62,777 nucleotides of DNA from an uncultured Planctomycetales bacterium (GCA_964487475.1 CAZAPM010000003.1:1-62777); one strand, 5' to 3'; positions 9,099 through 19,685 are shown, counted from the first letter of the stretch. The notes: generated from the sequence alone by a model not told the origin. Translations and numbers: made by a program.

Positions 9099-10172
9099 CT
9101 AAGAGTACGTCTCGGACTTGATCGGAACGGTGACATCCTCCAGGTAGCGGACCTCATTCAACACCTTGCCGGTGCCGTTGACCACCGCTGCCAGAGGATC
9201 ATCCGCCACATGGACCGGAAGGCCCGTTTCTTCGGCGATAAGTTTATCCAGGCCGCGCAGCAGCGAACCGCCGCCTGCCAGCACGATCCCGTGTTCGATC
9301 AGGTCCGCGGCCAGTTCGGGCGGAGTACGCTCCAGGGCGATCTTGGTCGCTTCCAGGATCGCGCGCAAAGGCTCCTGCTCCGCCTCGCGGATCTCTTCTG
9401 AGGTGACGGTCACGGTCTTGGGAAGACCCGTCACCAGGTCGCGCCCCTTGACCTCCAGGCTCATCTCCTCTTCCAGAGGATACGCCGACCCGATCTTGAT
9501 CTTGATCTCTTCGGCGGTACGCTCGCCCACCATCATGTTATAGGTCTTTTTGAGGTATTCGATGACCGCGTCATCCATTTCGTCGCCGCCGATGCGGATG
9601 GATTTCGAGAAGACGATCCCGGCCAGGGAAATGACCGCGATCTCGGTAGTGCCGCCGCCGATATCGATGATCATGTTACCCACCGGCTCCGATATGGGCA
9701 GTCCGACCCCGATGGCCGCCGCCATGGGCTCTTCGATAAGCTTCACCTCGCGGGCTCCGGCGCGCAACGCGGAATCCTGAACGGCGCGCTTCTCCACTTC
9801 CGTGATACCCGAAGGGATGGCGATGATGATCCGCGGCCTGACCAGTACCCTGCGGTGATGCACTTTCTTGATGAAATAACGCAGCATCGCTTCGGTGATC
9901 TCGAAATCCGCGATGACCCCGTCCTTCATGGGACGGATGGCGATGATATTGCCGGGGGTGCGGCCGAGCATCTTTTTCGCCTCGTCCCCCACCGCCCGCA
10001 CGTGGGAAGTGCCCCGCCTGATCGCGACTACGGAGGGCTCGCACAACACCACGCCCTCGCCTTTGACATATACCAGGGTAGAAGCGGTGCCCAGGTCTAT
10101 CCCCATATCGTTGGAGAAAAGACCCAGGATGTAGTTGATCCCTTTACGGAAGATATCCTTGAATTTATTCAT
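9099..10172 (-). CDS. mreB: Actin-like protein MreB
   Basis: [40 protein letters not shown]. Confidence 0.98.
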   Translation of the reverse strand: MNKFKDIFRKGINYILGLFSNDMGIDLGTASTLVYVKGEGVVLCEPSVVAIRRGTSHVRAVGDEAKKMLGRTPGNIIAIRPMKDGVIADFEITEAMLRYFIKKVHHRRVLVRPRIIIAIPSGITEVEKRAVQDSALRAGAREVKLIEEPMAAAIGVGLPISEPVGNMIIDIGGGTTEIAVISLAGIVFSKSIRIGGDEMDDAVIEYLKKTYNMMVGERTAEEIKIKIGSAYPLEEEMSLEVKGRDLVTGLPKTVTVTSEEIREAEQEPLRAILEATKIALERTPPELAADLIEHGIVLAGGGSLLRGLDKLIAEETGLPVHVADDPLAAVVNGTGKVLNEVRYLEDVTVPIKSETYS

Positions 10173-10211
10173 GGCACCATCCTTACCTAATTAAATAAGA
10201 CAAGTAGCAAA

Positions 10212-10240
10212 ATTGTAGCAGAGATTGAAGTGGGTGTCAA
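10212..10240 (-). promoter_or_regulatory. sigma70 promoter of mre operon
   Basis: TTGACA-17 nt-TACAAT with extended -10 TG. Confidence 0.85.
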
Positions 10241-10262
10241 ATAGATTGTTGCGCCATGATCC

Positions 10263-11588
10263 CTAGCGGGTCACCTTGCCCAGCATATCCCAGAACCCGG
10301 GAAAGGATTTGCGCACACACGCCGCATCGTCTATGCCGGTTTTTCCGTCAGCAGCCAATGCCGCCACTGCCATGCTCATACAGATACGATGGTCATTGAA
10401 CGTTTCCACGCGGCATCCGGTAAGCCGGGCCGGGCCTTCCACGGTCAGCGTTTCCCTGCCCTTCCTTGAAGAGACCTCTACTTTGACCCCCATCGCAGAA
10501 AGGTTCTTTTTCATGGCGGCGATACGGTCGGTTTCCTTAACCCTAAGCTCTTCAACGCCTTCAAACACGGAAACCCCCTTCGCCCTGCTGGCGGCGACCA
10601 TGAGCACCGGGAGCTCATCGATCAGATAAGGGACTTCGGCTGCGGAAACCTTCACCGCTTTGAGGGAAGAAAAACGCGCCCGCACATCACCGAGGGGTTC
10701 TGTCCCGGCAGGCACATCCTCGGGGAACACGCTTATATCCGCACCCATTTTTTTAAGCACATCCAAAAACCCAGTCCTGCCAGGGTTTAAAGAGATCCTC
10801 TTAAGGACCAGCGATGACCCTCCCACCAGGATCGCCGCCACCGCAAAAAAGGCGGCTGAAGAAGCATCTCCCGGAACATAGACTTCTCCGGGCGAGTACA
10901 ACCGCACCGGCCCGCGGATACTTACCGTATTGCCGCGGCAATGCACCGGCACGCGAAAAAGCCTCAGCATACGTTCGGTATGATCCCGGGTAGGCAGAGG
11001 CTCGGTAATTTTGGTGATACCCTTGGCCTGCACTCCTGCCAGAAGGATCGCGGATTTCACCTGCGCGGAAGCGACCTCCATCCGCTCCACGCCCCCCTGC
11101 AAATTACCGCCGCAGATATGCAGGGGCGCATACTGCTCCCCGCTCTTATCCTGCCGGGCCTCCACCTTTGCTCCCATCCGGCGCAGCGGCTCGATGATCC
11201 GGCGCATGGGACGCAGGGAAAGCTGCGGCCCCGCCTGCAAGGTGACGCACAGAGGCTTGCCGGCCAGCACGCCTGCCAGCAGCCGGAAGGTAGTCCCGGA
11301 CTCTTCGATGTACAACGGCTTCCCGGGATCGGAGATACTGCGGCCGCCCTGTCCCTCCACGGAAAGCACCGCCGTTTCATCCTGCGCGGCGCTGCGGGAT
11401 CCGATCTTCACTCCCAGAAGCCGCAGGCATTCGACCGTAGCCAGGCAATCTTTGTTCAGGGGAAAATTCGAAATAGCGGTCTTGCCGCTGGAAAGGGAGG
11501 CGATCAGCACCGCGCGATGCGCGATGGACTTATCGCCGGGAAAGGAAAGCGCACCGGTGATCCGGTGCGCAGCCTGAGGAATATCCAC
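10263..11588 (-). CDS. aroA: EPSP synthase (class II)
   Basis: PGDKSIAHR, ASAQVKSA, RDHTERML, IDELP, ELRVKETDRI, DHRI. Confidence 0.96.
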   Translation of the reverse strand: MDIPQAAHRITGALSFPGDKSIAHRAVLIASLSSGKTAISNFPLNKDCLATVECLRLLGVKIGSRSAAQDETAVLSVEGQGGRSISDPGKPLYIEESGTTFRLLAGVLAGKPLCVTLQAGPQLSLRPMRRIIEPLRRMGAKVEARQDKSGEQYAPLHICGGNLQGGVERMEVASAQVKSAILLAGVQAKGITKITEPLPTRDHTERMLRLFRVPVHCRGNTVSIRGPVRLYSPGEVYVPGDASSAAFFAVAAILVGGSSLVLKRISLNPGRTGFLDVLKKMGADISVFPEDVPAGTEPLGDVRARFSSLKAVKVSAAEVPYLIDELPVLMVAASRAKGVSVFEGVEELRVKETDRIAAMKKNLSAMGVKVEVSSRKGRETLTVEGPARLTGCRVETFNDHRICMSMAVAALAADGKTGIDDAACVRKSFPGFWDMLGKVTR

Positions 11589-11593
11589 GTGGA

Positions 11594-12457
11594 TTACCGC
11601 GCGCGGGAGGAGACCCTGTCGCCCTCGGCGACTTTGTCCCGCAGGCCGGAGGTCAGGAAACCGGCTGCCGACATCGCGTCATGCACTTTCTCGACCTTCA
11701 CGTCGCCGACGTATTTATTGCTGTGGAACACCGAAAAGATCGCCCCCTGTTCGATCCCGTCCTTGCGGCCCAGATCGAACACCAGGAAATTATACTCCTT
11801 GTTGACCACCAGCACCTTGCCCTCGGACCCCTTCTCTTTGGCCTGGGGCTGCGGTATGGGCGCGGCTTTCACCGGCTGCACTGCCGGAGTCTTTTCGCGG
11901 GGAGTGGCTTTCACGCCCTTCTTCGAAGCGGGCGCCGGAGCGGCCTGCTGATCGGCGTTGACCACGATGGTGCCCAGTTCTACGTCGGAAGCGCGGGCTT
12001 CCAGGTCCTTGACCTTCGCTTCGAGCTCGCTCTTGCGCTGATCAAGCTGCCTGACCTGTTCCTGGACTTTCTTGGCCTCTTCTTTGGATTTGGCGAATTG
12101 CTTCTCCAGGTCCAGGCGCAGCTGCTTCTGCTGCTCCAGGTCGGCGCGCAAACGCTCGATATTGGCCAGCGCTTCGCCCTTGGCGGCTTTCTCCTTTTCG
12201 AAATCCGCGGTCAATCCTTCCAGCTGCACCTGCGTAACACCCAGCTTATCCTTCAAGTCGGTGTTCGTCAGCTCCAGATCCTTGAGCTTTTTCGAACTCT
12301 CGCGCAGCTCTGCCTGGACCTCTTTGAGCTCATCCTGCAGTTCGATATTATGCGCACGCTCCTTCTGCAAAAGCATGAATATTCCGATACCCAATGCCAG
12401 GGAAAGGAAAATAAGGCCGGTAAGAATAACGGTGGAAGCTTTTGGTTTAAAGGACAT
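11594..12457 (-). CDS. Membrane-anchored coiled-coil protein with C-terminal beta-rich (FlgT-C-like) domain
   Basis: N-terminal TM, ~125 aa heptad-rich region, Pro/Ala/Lys linker, FLVFDLGRKDGIEQG; GGAGG RBS upstream. Confidence 0.7.
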   Translation of the reverse strand: MSFKPKASTVILTGLIFLSLALGIGIFMLLQKERAHNIELQDELKEVQAELRESSKKLKDLELTNTDLKDKLGVTQVQLEGLTADFEKEKAAKGEALANIERLRADLEQQKQLRLDLEKQFAKSKEEAKKVQEQVRQLDQRKSELEAKVKDLEARASDVELGTIVVNADQQAAPAPASKKGVKATPREKTPAVQPVKAAPIPQPQAKEKGSEGKVLVVNKEYNFLVFDLGRKDGIEQGAIFSVFHSNKYVGDVKVEKVHDAMSAAGFLTSGLRDKVAEGDRVSSRAR

Positions 12458-12517
12458 TGCTCCTCCTTGTTCGCTGGCTGACCTTATGGGAAAGGAATAA
12501 TAACGTTACAAGAGTAT

Positions 12518-12545
12518 ACTATATCATCAGTTGCAAATAAATCAA
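12518..12545 (-). promoter_or_regulatory. Possible sigma70 promoter for coiled-coil gene/aroA
   Basis: TTGATT-16 nt-TATAGT with TG extension in an AT-rich intergenic stretch. Confidence 0.45.
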
Positions 12546-13477
12546 CGTTTTTTCTTGGTACTTTGCGGATAATGCTCGGCAAACTCCGGAGGCAGCGGCG
12601 CAGCATACTCAACGAAGGCCTGCGTCACCGGATGAAGGAACCCGATGCTGCGGGCATGCAGCGCCAGCCGGGGGAACGTGCCCTGCCCCTTGCCGTACGT
12701 CATATCCCCCAGGATCGGATGGCCGAGGAACGCCAAATGCACGCGCAACTGATGCGTCCTTCCGGTGCGGGGAAAAAGTTCCACCAGGCTGAACCCCTCT
12801 CCCCGGAAAAGAGTCCGGTACTTCGTCTGCGCTTCCTTGCTCGCCAGGCCGATGCCCGCCGCCATTTCGTTGCGCCGACGGGGATGCCGGCCGATGGAGA
12901 CCTCGATCACCCCTTCGTCGAATTCCATCCTCCCGCGCACCAGCGCGCAGTACACTTTGCGCACCGTATGCTCGGAGAACTGCCGCGCCAGCGCATGATG
13001 GCTCTCGTTGGTCTTGGCCACGACCATCACGCCGGAGGTATCCTTGTCCAGCCGGTGCACGATCCCCGGCCGCAGCGGGTTGACGCTCGAAAGATTCGGA
13101 GTATGATGCAGCAGGGCGTTGACCAGCGTGTGCGCGGCGTTGCCCGGGGCCGGATGCACCACCAAACCGGGCTGCTTATCCAGCACGATGATCGCATCAT
13201 CCTCGTAAAGAATGGAAAGCGGGATATCCTCCGCGCCCAGGTCGCGGGCCTGCTCCTCGGCCAGGAGTACCGTATACTCCTCCCCTTCCCGGACCTTATG
13301 GTTGCTTTTAAGCGCGCCGGAGCCGTCCCGGCGAACGCCCCCCTGCTCGATGAGCTTCTGTACCGAGGAACGGGATACCCCCTCATGATGCTGCTGCAGG
13401 AATTCATTGAGCACCATATCCAGCCGCATTCCCGCCTGCGCGGGGTCGATCACGATCCGGTATTCATGCGCCGCCAT
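12542..13477 (-). CDS. rluD: RluA/RluD family pseudouridine synthase
   Basis: S4-like RLD N-terminus, GIVHRLDKDTSG, TGRTHQLRVH. Confidence 0.93.
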   Translation of the reverse strand: MAAHEYRIVIDPAQAGMRLDMVLNEFLQQHHEGVSRSSVQKLIEQGGVRRDGSGALKSNHKVREGEEYTVLLAEEQARDLGAEDIPLSILYEDDAIIVLDKQPGLVVHPAPGNAAHTLVNALLHHTPNLSSVNPLRPGIVHRLDKDTSGVMVVAKTNESHHALARQFSEHTVRKVYCALVRGRMEFDEGVIEVSIGRHPRRRNEMAAGIGLASKEAQTKYRTLFRGEGFSLVELFPRTGRTHQLRVHLAFLGHPILGDMTYGKGQGTFPRLALHARSIGFLHPVTQAFVEYAAPLPPEFAEHYPQSTKKKR

Positions 13478-14221
13478 CTATCCGCTCCTTGGCCGAGGCA
13501 TTCTGCGGGCAAGCTGCACCAGCGCGAATATCCCCGCCGCCGCACTGAACACCTGAAAAAAAGTCAGCCCCGCGAAGAACGGGTAATTATCGTCCCGCAG
13601 GAACTCGATCCCGAAGCGTTTTCCCGCATACAACGCCAGGTAGACATAGAACACCGTACCCGCGGGCAAAGATTTGAAACGCTCCTGCAATATCCTCAGC
13701 ACCAGGTAAATCCCTATCAGCGCGGCGGAGGAGATCAGCTGCGTAGGGATGCGCGTCGATTCCAGCACCGGGAAATATACCCCCCAGACGGAAACCTTTC
13801 CAAAGCAGCAGCCGTTGAAGAAGCACCCGATCCTGCCGATGGCATGCCCCAGCGCGATGTACGGCGCCAGCAGGTCGAATATCCGGTACAGGGACTGTTT
13901 CCTGCGCCGGAGATATACCAGCGCCGCAGCCACTCCCGCCAGCAATCCCCCGAAAAAGGAAAGCCCTCCGTGCTGCAGCATGAGCACTTCCCAGGGATGA
14001 TTCCGGTACTGCGCCCAATGCTCGATCACGTAAAGGAACCTGGCGCCGGCGATGCCGAATGCCAAGCCGAGGAAACAGGCGTTGATGATGACCTCCGGGT
14101 CGATCCCCACCCTGCGGGCATGCTGCCGCGCCAGGGACACGCACACCAGGAACGCCAGCGCCACCATCAACCCGTACGAATAGATCGTCACTGGCCCCAA
14201 GGTACATATCACCGGATGCAT
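13478..14221 (-). CDS. lgt: Prolipoprotein diacylglyceryl transferase
   Basis: Start MHPVICTLGP at 14221; YSYG, GARFLY, GGLSFFGG, GRIGCFFNGCC, PTQL, EFLR. Confidence 0.93.
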   Translation of the reverse strand: MHPVICTLGPVTIYSYGLMVALAFLVCVSLARQHARRVGIDPEVIINACFLGLAFGIAGARFLYVIEHWAQYRNHPWEVLMLQHGGLSFFGGLLAGVAAALVYLRRRKQSLYRIFDLLAPYIALGHAIGRIGCFFNGCCFGKVSVWGVYFPVLESTRIPTQLISSAALIGIYLVLRILQERFKSLPAGTVFYVYLALYAGKRFGIEFLRDDNYPFFAGLTFFQVFSAAAGIFALVQLARRMPRPRSG

Positions 14222-14223
14222 GC

Positions 14224-14688
14224 TTACTCCTTCCCCGCAGGCCGCGGCCGCAGTATCCTCCACCCCACCAGCACGGCGCCTACGGTAATGGCGGAATCCG
14301 CCAGGTTGAACACCGGCCAGAAATGGAAGTCGAGGTAATCGATGACATATCCGACGCGCAGACGGTCGATGAGATTGCCTGCCGCGCCGGAAAGGATCAG
14401 CGCGAGGGAAAAATTGAGGGAAACGGGGAAACTCCGGGCACGGCGCACCAGGAGATACCCGAGATACGCGCCGGCGCAGAGGGAAGCGGCGACGAACACC
14501 CATTGCTGCCCGCGCAACATGCCGAACGCCGCGCCCCGGTTCTGGACCAGGGTCAGCGAACACACCCCCGGAATGAGCGGCACGGGAGTGTTAAGGGCAA
14601 GATGACTCACCGCGAGGTATTTCAGGAACTGGTCCGCGGCGACCATCGCCGCCGCGAACAGGAAATAGATCCCGGAATGCAGGATCAG
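14224..14688 (-). CDS. lspA: Signal peptidase II (start uncertain)
   Basis: DQFLK, NRGAAFG, GAAGNLIDR, VIDYLD, WPVFNLADSAI. Confidence 0.93.
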   Translation of the reverse strand: MILHSGIYFLFAAAMVAADQFLKYLAVSHLALNTPVPLIPGVCSLTLVQNRGAAFGMLRGQQWVFVAASLCAGAYLGYLLVRRARSFPVSLNFSLALILSGAAGNLIDRLRVGYVIDYLDFHFWPVFNLADSAITVGAVLVGWRILRPRPAGKE

Positions 14689-15167
14689 CGGGTCTCCCGT
14701 TTTTCCTGGCACTTCACGCACAACCGCGCCGAAGGGAGCGCCTTGAGACGGGTCTTGGAGATGAGGCATTTGCAATCCTCGCATACGCCGAAGCTGCCCT
14801 CTTCCATTTTTTTGAGCGCGTCGTTAAGCTCGTAGAGCGCCTCGCGGTCGTTGGAAGCCAGCCCCAGAGAGAACTCACGGTCGTAAGTATCGGTGGCCAC
14901 GTCCGCCATATGGAAGGAATACCCGGAGATATCCCCGGAGGCGTCCTTCTGCGATTTCTTGAGCGTATCTTCGGAAATATGTTTGATCCCGTCGATGAGC
15001 ATCTCTTTCTTCGTCAACAGAAGCTTGCGGAACTCCTGCAGCTCCTGCTTAAGGTACTTCTTTCCGGACGCTTTTACCGCGGACTTACGCGCGACCTTAG
15101 CCTCGCGCTTCGGCGCGCGCTTCTTCACGTCCTTTTTCACGGATCTTTTGGCAGTTGCCTTTTTCAA
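14685..15167 (-). CDS. DksA/TraR-family C4 zinc-finger protein (YteA/YlyA-like) with Lys-rich N-terminus
   Basis: HMADVATDTYDRE coiled-coil tip; CEDC-x17-CVKC zinc finger. Confidence 0.88.
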   Translation of the reverse strand: MKKATAKRSVKKDVKKRAPKREAKVARKSAVKASGKKYLKQELQEFRKLLLTKKEMLIDGIKHISEDTLKKSQKDASGDISGYSFHMADVATDTYDREFSLGLASNDREALYELNDALKKMEEGSFGVCEDCKCLISKTRLKALPSARLCVKCQEKRETR

Positions 15168-15168
15168 A

Positions 15169-17979
15169 TTACTTTCCTCCGATCGCCCTGAGGCACTGAG
15201 GACACAGCTGGGGATGTGCGTTATCCTGCCCCACCTGAGTCGAATAATTCCAGCAGCGCGGGCACTTCTCTCCCTGCGCTTTGCCGGCGTGGATACTGAT
15301 ATCCGGGAATACAGTGCTCACGGTCCCGTTCGCGTTGCCGCTCGCGGTCCCCTGAGAAACGGTCACCAGCGAAACCTTGAAGATTTCCGGCATATCCGCC
15401 TGTAAACTTGCTAAAACTGTATACCGTTCGGCCTTGTTTGTCAATAGATTTATTTGTGCGTCAAAGGAGCTTCCGATCTCTCCTTTTGTCCGCATCTCCT
15501 CCAGAGCCTTGGACACCTCCGGAATGAGCTCCAGCACCATGCGCAGATCCTCATCGACCGTACGCGCCGCGCCATGCTGCGCGAAGGCGGGGTTGACGTC
15601 CCTCAAGGAGCACAAGTGCACGCTGGATATCCCCTTATCCCCCTGCACGTGCGGCATGCTCTGCCATATCTCATCCGCGGTAAACACCAGGATCGGCGCC
15701 ATCAGGCGCACCAGGGTATCCAGCACCTCGTACATGACGGTCTGGGAAGCGCGGCGCTCCCGAGACTTCGCGCCGAAGGTGTAAAGCCTGCCCTTGGCCA
15801 TATCCAGGTAACGGCTCGAAAGGTCGGCGTTGCAGAAATCATAGATACGCTTGTACGCCTTATGGAACTCGAACTGGTCGTACGCCTTGACCACGTCGTC
15901 CAGGGTGTTCTCCAACCGGTAGAGGATCCACTTGTCGATGGTCGGAAGGTCCGCGTACCCGACTTTGTCCGTATCCGGATCGAAATCATACAGGTTGCTT
16001 AAGATGAAGCGCGCAGTGTTGCGGATCTTCCGGTATGCCTCGGAAAGACGGGTCAGTATCTCCTTGGAGATTCGGATATCCTCGTTGTAATCGCTGGACG
16101 CGACCCAAAGCCGCAGGATGTCCGCGCCGTAGTTCTTGATGATCTCATCGGGCGAGATAACGTTGCCCAGGGACTTGGACATCTTGCGCCCGTCGCCGTC
16201 GACCACGAACCCGTGGGTCAGCACGGTCTCGAATGGAGGCCGTCCGTCGATGCACACCCCGGGGATCAAAGAGGCCTGGAACCATCCCCGGTGCTGATCG
16301 GAGCCTTCCAGATAAAGCTGCGCCGGCACGCCCCCCAGCTCGGGGCGCTTCTTGAGCACCGACTGGCTGCTCACCCCGGAATCGAACCAGACATCCAGGA
16401 TATCCGTGCCCGCGGTAAACTCCTTTGCCCCGCACTTGGGGCAGGCATGCCCCTGCGGGATAAAATCCTTCAGGTCATGCGTGAACCACGCGTCCGTCCC
16501 CTCTTTTTCCACCGCCTTACGCAGCGCGTCGATCACCGGCAGGTAGATATCCTCGTGCCCGCACTTTTGGCAGATCACCGCGGGGATAGGCACCCCCCAG
16601 TACCGCTGCCGGGAAAGGCACCAGTCCGGACGCTGCTCCACCATCGCCCGGATGCGCTCCTTGCCCGCCGCCGGAACCCAGGTGACCTGCGATTCGATCG
16701 CGTCGATCAGTTTCCGGCGCAATCCGTCATGCTCGAGACTGAGGAACCACTGGTTGGTGGCGCGGAAGATCACCGGGCTCTTGCACCGCCAGCAATGCGG
16801 ATAGGAGTGCTGCAGCGCGGAATCGAAATACAGCGCGCCAAGGCTTTTAAGCTTCTCGATGATGAGCTTGTTCGCCTCCAGCACGTGCTGTCCGGCGAAC
16901 TCTCCCGTAGAGTCGTCGAACCTGCCGCGGTAGTCCACCGGCATCACGATGGGCAGTTTATACCTGACCCCGGTCATATAATCTTCGTTGCCGTGCCCGG
17001 GCGCGGTGTGCACCAGCCCCGTGCCGTCTTCCCGGGATACATACTGGGCCAGCACGACCTTACCCTGCCGGACGACGAAAGGATGCGTATACGCGAGCCC
17101 CTCCAGGTCCCGGCCCTTCACTTCCTTCAGGACCTGCGACTGCGCGATCCCCCCCTGCTCCAGCACCTGCGGCAACCGCGCAGAGGCGATCACCAGCGTG
17201 CCCTTTTCGGTCTTCACGCAGGAATATTCCAGGTCCGGATGCACTGCCACGGCGACGTTGGCCAGCAGCGTCCAGGGGGTCGTGGTCCAGATAAGCAGAT
17301 GCGTGCCTTTTTCAAAAAGCGAATTATCCTCGAGCAGGAATTTCACGTAGATCGAAGGAGAGGTGTGGTTCTCGTACTCCACCTCCGCTTCGGCGAGCGC
17401 CGTCTCGCACTTGCAGCACCAGTTGACGGGCTTCAACCCGCGGGAGATATACCCCTTCTCGTAAAGCGTCCTGAAGGACTCCAGGATCCCCGTCTCGTAC
17501 TCGTGCGCCAGGGTCAGGTACGGGTTGTCCCAATCCCCCAGCACTCCCAGGCGCCTGAACTGCTCCCGCTGCAAACCGACGAACTTCATGGCGTACTCGT
17601 GCGCTTTTTTCCTGAACTCCGCCTGCGGGATCTGGGACTTATGGATCTTGAGCTCCTTTAACAGCGCATGCTCGATCGGAAGCCCGTGACAGTCCCATCC
17701 CGGCACGTAGGGCGAGGCGAACCCGCGCATGGTCTTGTACTTGACCACGATATCCTTGAGGGTCTTGTTCAGGGCATGCCCGATATGGATGTTGCCGTTG
17801 GCGTACGGCGGCCCGTCGTGCAGCACGTAACGCTTCTTCTTCGAGGCGGCCGCCTGCGCGATGCGCTGTTCCAGCCCCTCGCGTTGCCAGCGCTCCTGCA
17901 TCAGCGGTTCCCGCTTAGGGAGGTCCGCCTTCATGGGAAAATCTGTCTTGGGAAGGTTTAAGGTATCTTTATATTCCAT
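15169..17979 (-). CDS. ileS: Isoleucyl-tRNA synthetase (type 1)
   Basis: LHDGPPYANG, HIGH, GWDCHGLP, KMSKS, C-terminal CPRC...CPQC. Confidence 0.98.
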   Translation of the reverse strand: MEYKDTLNLPKTDFPMKADLPKREPLMQERWQREGLEQRIAQAAASKKKRYVLHDGPPYANGNIHIGHALNKTLKDIVVKYKTMRGFASPYVPGWDCHGLPIEHALLKELKIHKSQIPQAEFRKKAHEYAMKFVGLQREQFRRLGVLGDWDNPYLTLAHEYETGILESFRTLYEKGYISRGLKPVNWCCKCETALAEAEVEYENHTSPSIYVKFLLEDNSLFEKGTHLLIWTTTPWTLLANVAVAVHPDLEYSCVKTEKGTLVIASARLPQVLEQGGIAQSQVLKEVKGRDLEGLAYTHPFVVRQGKVVLAQYVSREDGTGLVHTAPGHGNEDYMTGVRYKLPIVMPVDYRGRFDDSTGEFAGQHVLEANKLIIEKLKSLGALYFDSALQHSYPHCWRCKSPVIFRATNQWFLSLEHDGLRRKLIDAIESQVTWVPAAGKERIRAMVEQRPDWCLSRQRYWGVPIPAVICQKCGHEDIYLPVIDALRKAVEKEGTDAWFTHDLKDFIPQGHACPKCGAKEFTAGTDILDVWFDSGVSSQSVLKKRPELGGVPAQLYLEGSDQHRGWFQASLIPGVCIDGRPPFETVLTHGFVVDGDGRKMSKSLGNVISPDEIIKNYGADILRLWVASSDYNEDIRISKEILTRLSEAYRKIRNTARFILSNLYDFDPDTDKVGYADLPTIDKWILYRLENTLDDVVKAYDQFEFHKAYKRIYDFCNADLSSRYLDMAKGRLYTFGAKSRERRASQTVMYEVLDTLVRLMAPILVFTADEIWQSMPHVQGDKGISSVHLCSLRDVNPAFAQHGAARTVDEDLRMVLELIPEVSKALEEMRTKGEIGSSFDAQINLLTNKAERYTVLASLQADMPEIFKVSLVTVSQGTASGNANGTVSTVFPDISIHAGKAQGEKCPRCWNYSTQVGQDNAHPQLCPQCLRAIGGK

Positions 17980-17982
17980 GGG

Positions 17983-18846
17983 TTACACGTACTTTCCGAC
18001 CAGAGGCGCGAGCCGCTGCTTGACCTGCGCCGGGATCTTTTTCTTATCCGTAAGGATCGCGTACTTCAGCGCCTGCGCGCACGAGCAGGTGCGCTCGACA
18101 GGCATGGTACGCACGAGCTCACGGATGATCTTCTTGGAATTCTCCACGTTCTTCAGCAGGCACTGCACCACCATATCCACCGTCACCGGTTTTTCCGGGG
18201 TGTGCCAGCAGTCGTAATCGGTCACCGCGGCCAGGGTCACATAGCACATCTCCGCCTCCCGCGCCAGCTTGGCCTCGGACATGTTGGTCATGCCGATGAT
18301 GTCCATCCCCCATTTCCGGTACAACTCGGATTCCGCGCGGGTGGAGAACGCCGGGCCTTCCATATTAAGGTAAGTGCCCCCTTCATGCACCTTTGCCCCG
18401 ACCCCCGCCGTTTTTACGGCCTGGGCCACGACCCGGGCGGTCGCCACGCACACCGGATCGGAAAAAGTGATATGGGCCACGATCCCCTTCTCGAAGAACG
18501 TCATCTGCCGCGCCTGATTGGTGCGGTCGACGAACTGATAGGGCGTGACGAAATCCAGCGGGGCCATATCTTCGCGCAGGCTTCCACAGGCGGTGACGGA
18601 AACGATGCGCTCCACCCCGAGCTTCTTCATCCCGAAGATGTTCGCCCGGTAATTGATCTCGCTGGGGTTAAGCCTGTGCCCGACGCCGTGCCGGGGCAGG
18701 AACACCACTTCCCTGCCCTCCAGGATCCCGGTGACGAAGTTATCCGAAGGCGCGCCGAAAGGAGTGGAGACCTTCACCGTCTTCAAGCCGGTGATACCTT
18801 CGATATTATACAACCCGCTGCCGCCGATGATCCCGATCTTTCCCAT
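17983..18846 (-). CDS. mtnP: S-methyl-5'-thioadenosine phosphorylase
   Basis: Start MGKIGIIGGSG at 18846; PRHG, EGPAFSTRAES, GMTN, TDYDCW. Confidence 0.93.
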   Translation of the reverse strand: MGKIGIIGGSGLYNIEGITGLKTVKVSTPFGAPSDNFVTGILEGREVVFLPRHGVGHRLNPSEINYRANIFGMKKLGVERIVSVTACGSLREDMAPLDFVTPYQFVDRTNQARQMTFFEKGIVAHITFSDPVCVATARVVAQAVKTAGVGAKVHEGGTYLNMEGPAFSTRAESELYRKWGMDIIGMTNMSEAKLAREAEMCYVTLAAVTDYDCWHTPEKPVTVDMVVQCLLKNVENSKKIIRELVRTMPVERTCSCAQALKYAILTDKKKIPAQVKQRLAPLVGKYV

Positions 18847-18857
18847 AACGAGCTCCT

Positions 18858-19685
18858 TTATTCCTTCGCCAGTTGCGCCGCGCGCGCCGCCGCGGCTTTC
18901 ACGGCCTCTGCAAGGCTCCCGCCCTGCGCCAGCACCGCGAGCGCCGCTTCCGTGGTGCCGCCTTTGGAAGTGACCTGACGGCGCAAGTCCTGCGCCGCGA
19001 CGCGGGTCTGCCGCAGATACCGCAGCGTTCCCTCCACCGTCACCCTTACCAGAAGCGCCGCTTCCCGGGCGGGGATCCCCGCCCCCTGCGCGGCCGCCTC
19101 GAAATCCCTGACAAACCTGATATGCTCCTGCGGCGGCCAGGTCTCCGCGGAATGATTCCCCTGCTCCAGGGCGGCACACACATATGCCGGACCGCTGCCG
19201 GAAACCGCGGTGACCGCATTCATCATCGATTCCTCTATCCGCTCGGTCTCGCCAACGAACTCGAAAAGGTCCTCCGCGGCGTCGAGGTCCTCCTCCGAAG
19301 CAAAGGCGCCGGAACAAAGACAGGTCATTCCCGCGCCGATCTGCGCAGGCATGTTCGGCATCACGCGGACCACCCGCACCGTGCCCAGCCGCTTCTCGAT
19401 ATATGCGGTCGTAATGCCCGCGGCGATGGAGACCAGGAGCTTATCCGCGCTCACCGCGGAAGAAGCTTCCTGAAGCACCTGCTCGATATCCTGCGGCTTG
19501 ACCGCCAGCACCACCATCTCCGCGGCCGCGATGACCTGCGCCAGGGAATCGCACCGCGTCACATTCGCCGCGTCCGCGGCCTTGGAAGGATCCTTGTCGA
19601 ACGCGAATATCCGGTAGGATGCGGCAGACTGCGCCGCGATCGCGCGCCCCATGTTCCCGAATCCGATGAACCCCAGCGTCTTCAT
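18858..19685 (-). CDS. proC: Pyrroline-5-carboxylate reductase
   Basis: GFIGFGNMG, LAVKPQ, RVMPN, SGSGPAY, VTSKGGTT. Confidence 0.95.
   Translation of the reverse strand: MKTLGFIGFGNMGRAIAAQSAASYRIFAFDKDPSKAADAANVTRCDSLAQVIAAAEMVVLAVKPQDIEQVLQEASSAVSADKLLVSIAAGITTAYIEKRLGTVRVVRVMPNMPAQIGAGMTCLCSGAFASEEDLDAAEDLFEFVGETERIEESMMNAVTAVSGSGPAYVCAALEQGNHSAETWPPQEHIRFVRDFEAAAQGAGIPAREAALLVRVTVEGTLRYLRQTRVAAQDLRRQVTSKGGTTEAALAVLAQGGSLAEAVKAAAARAAQLAKE

Noticed and set aside
10263..11588. aroA as a horizontally acquired gene (looks somewhat more AT-rich)
   Set aside because: Impression only, not quantified, and there are no mobility signatures
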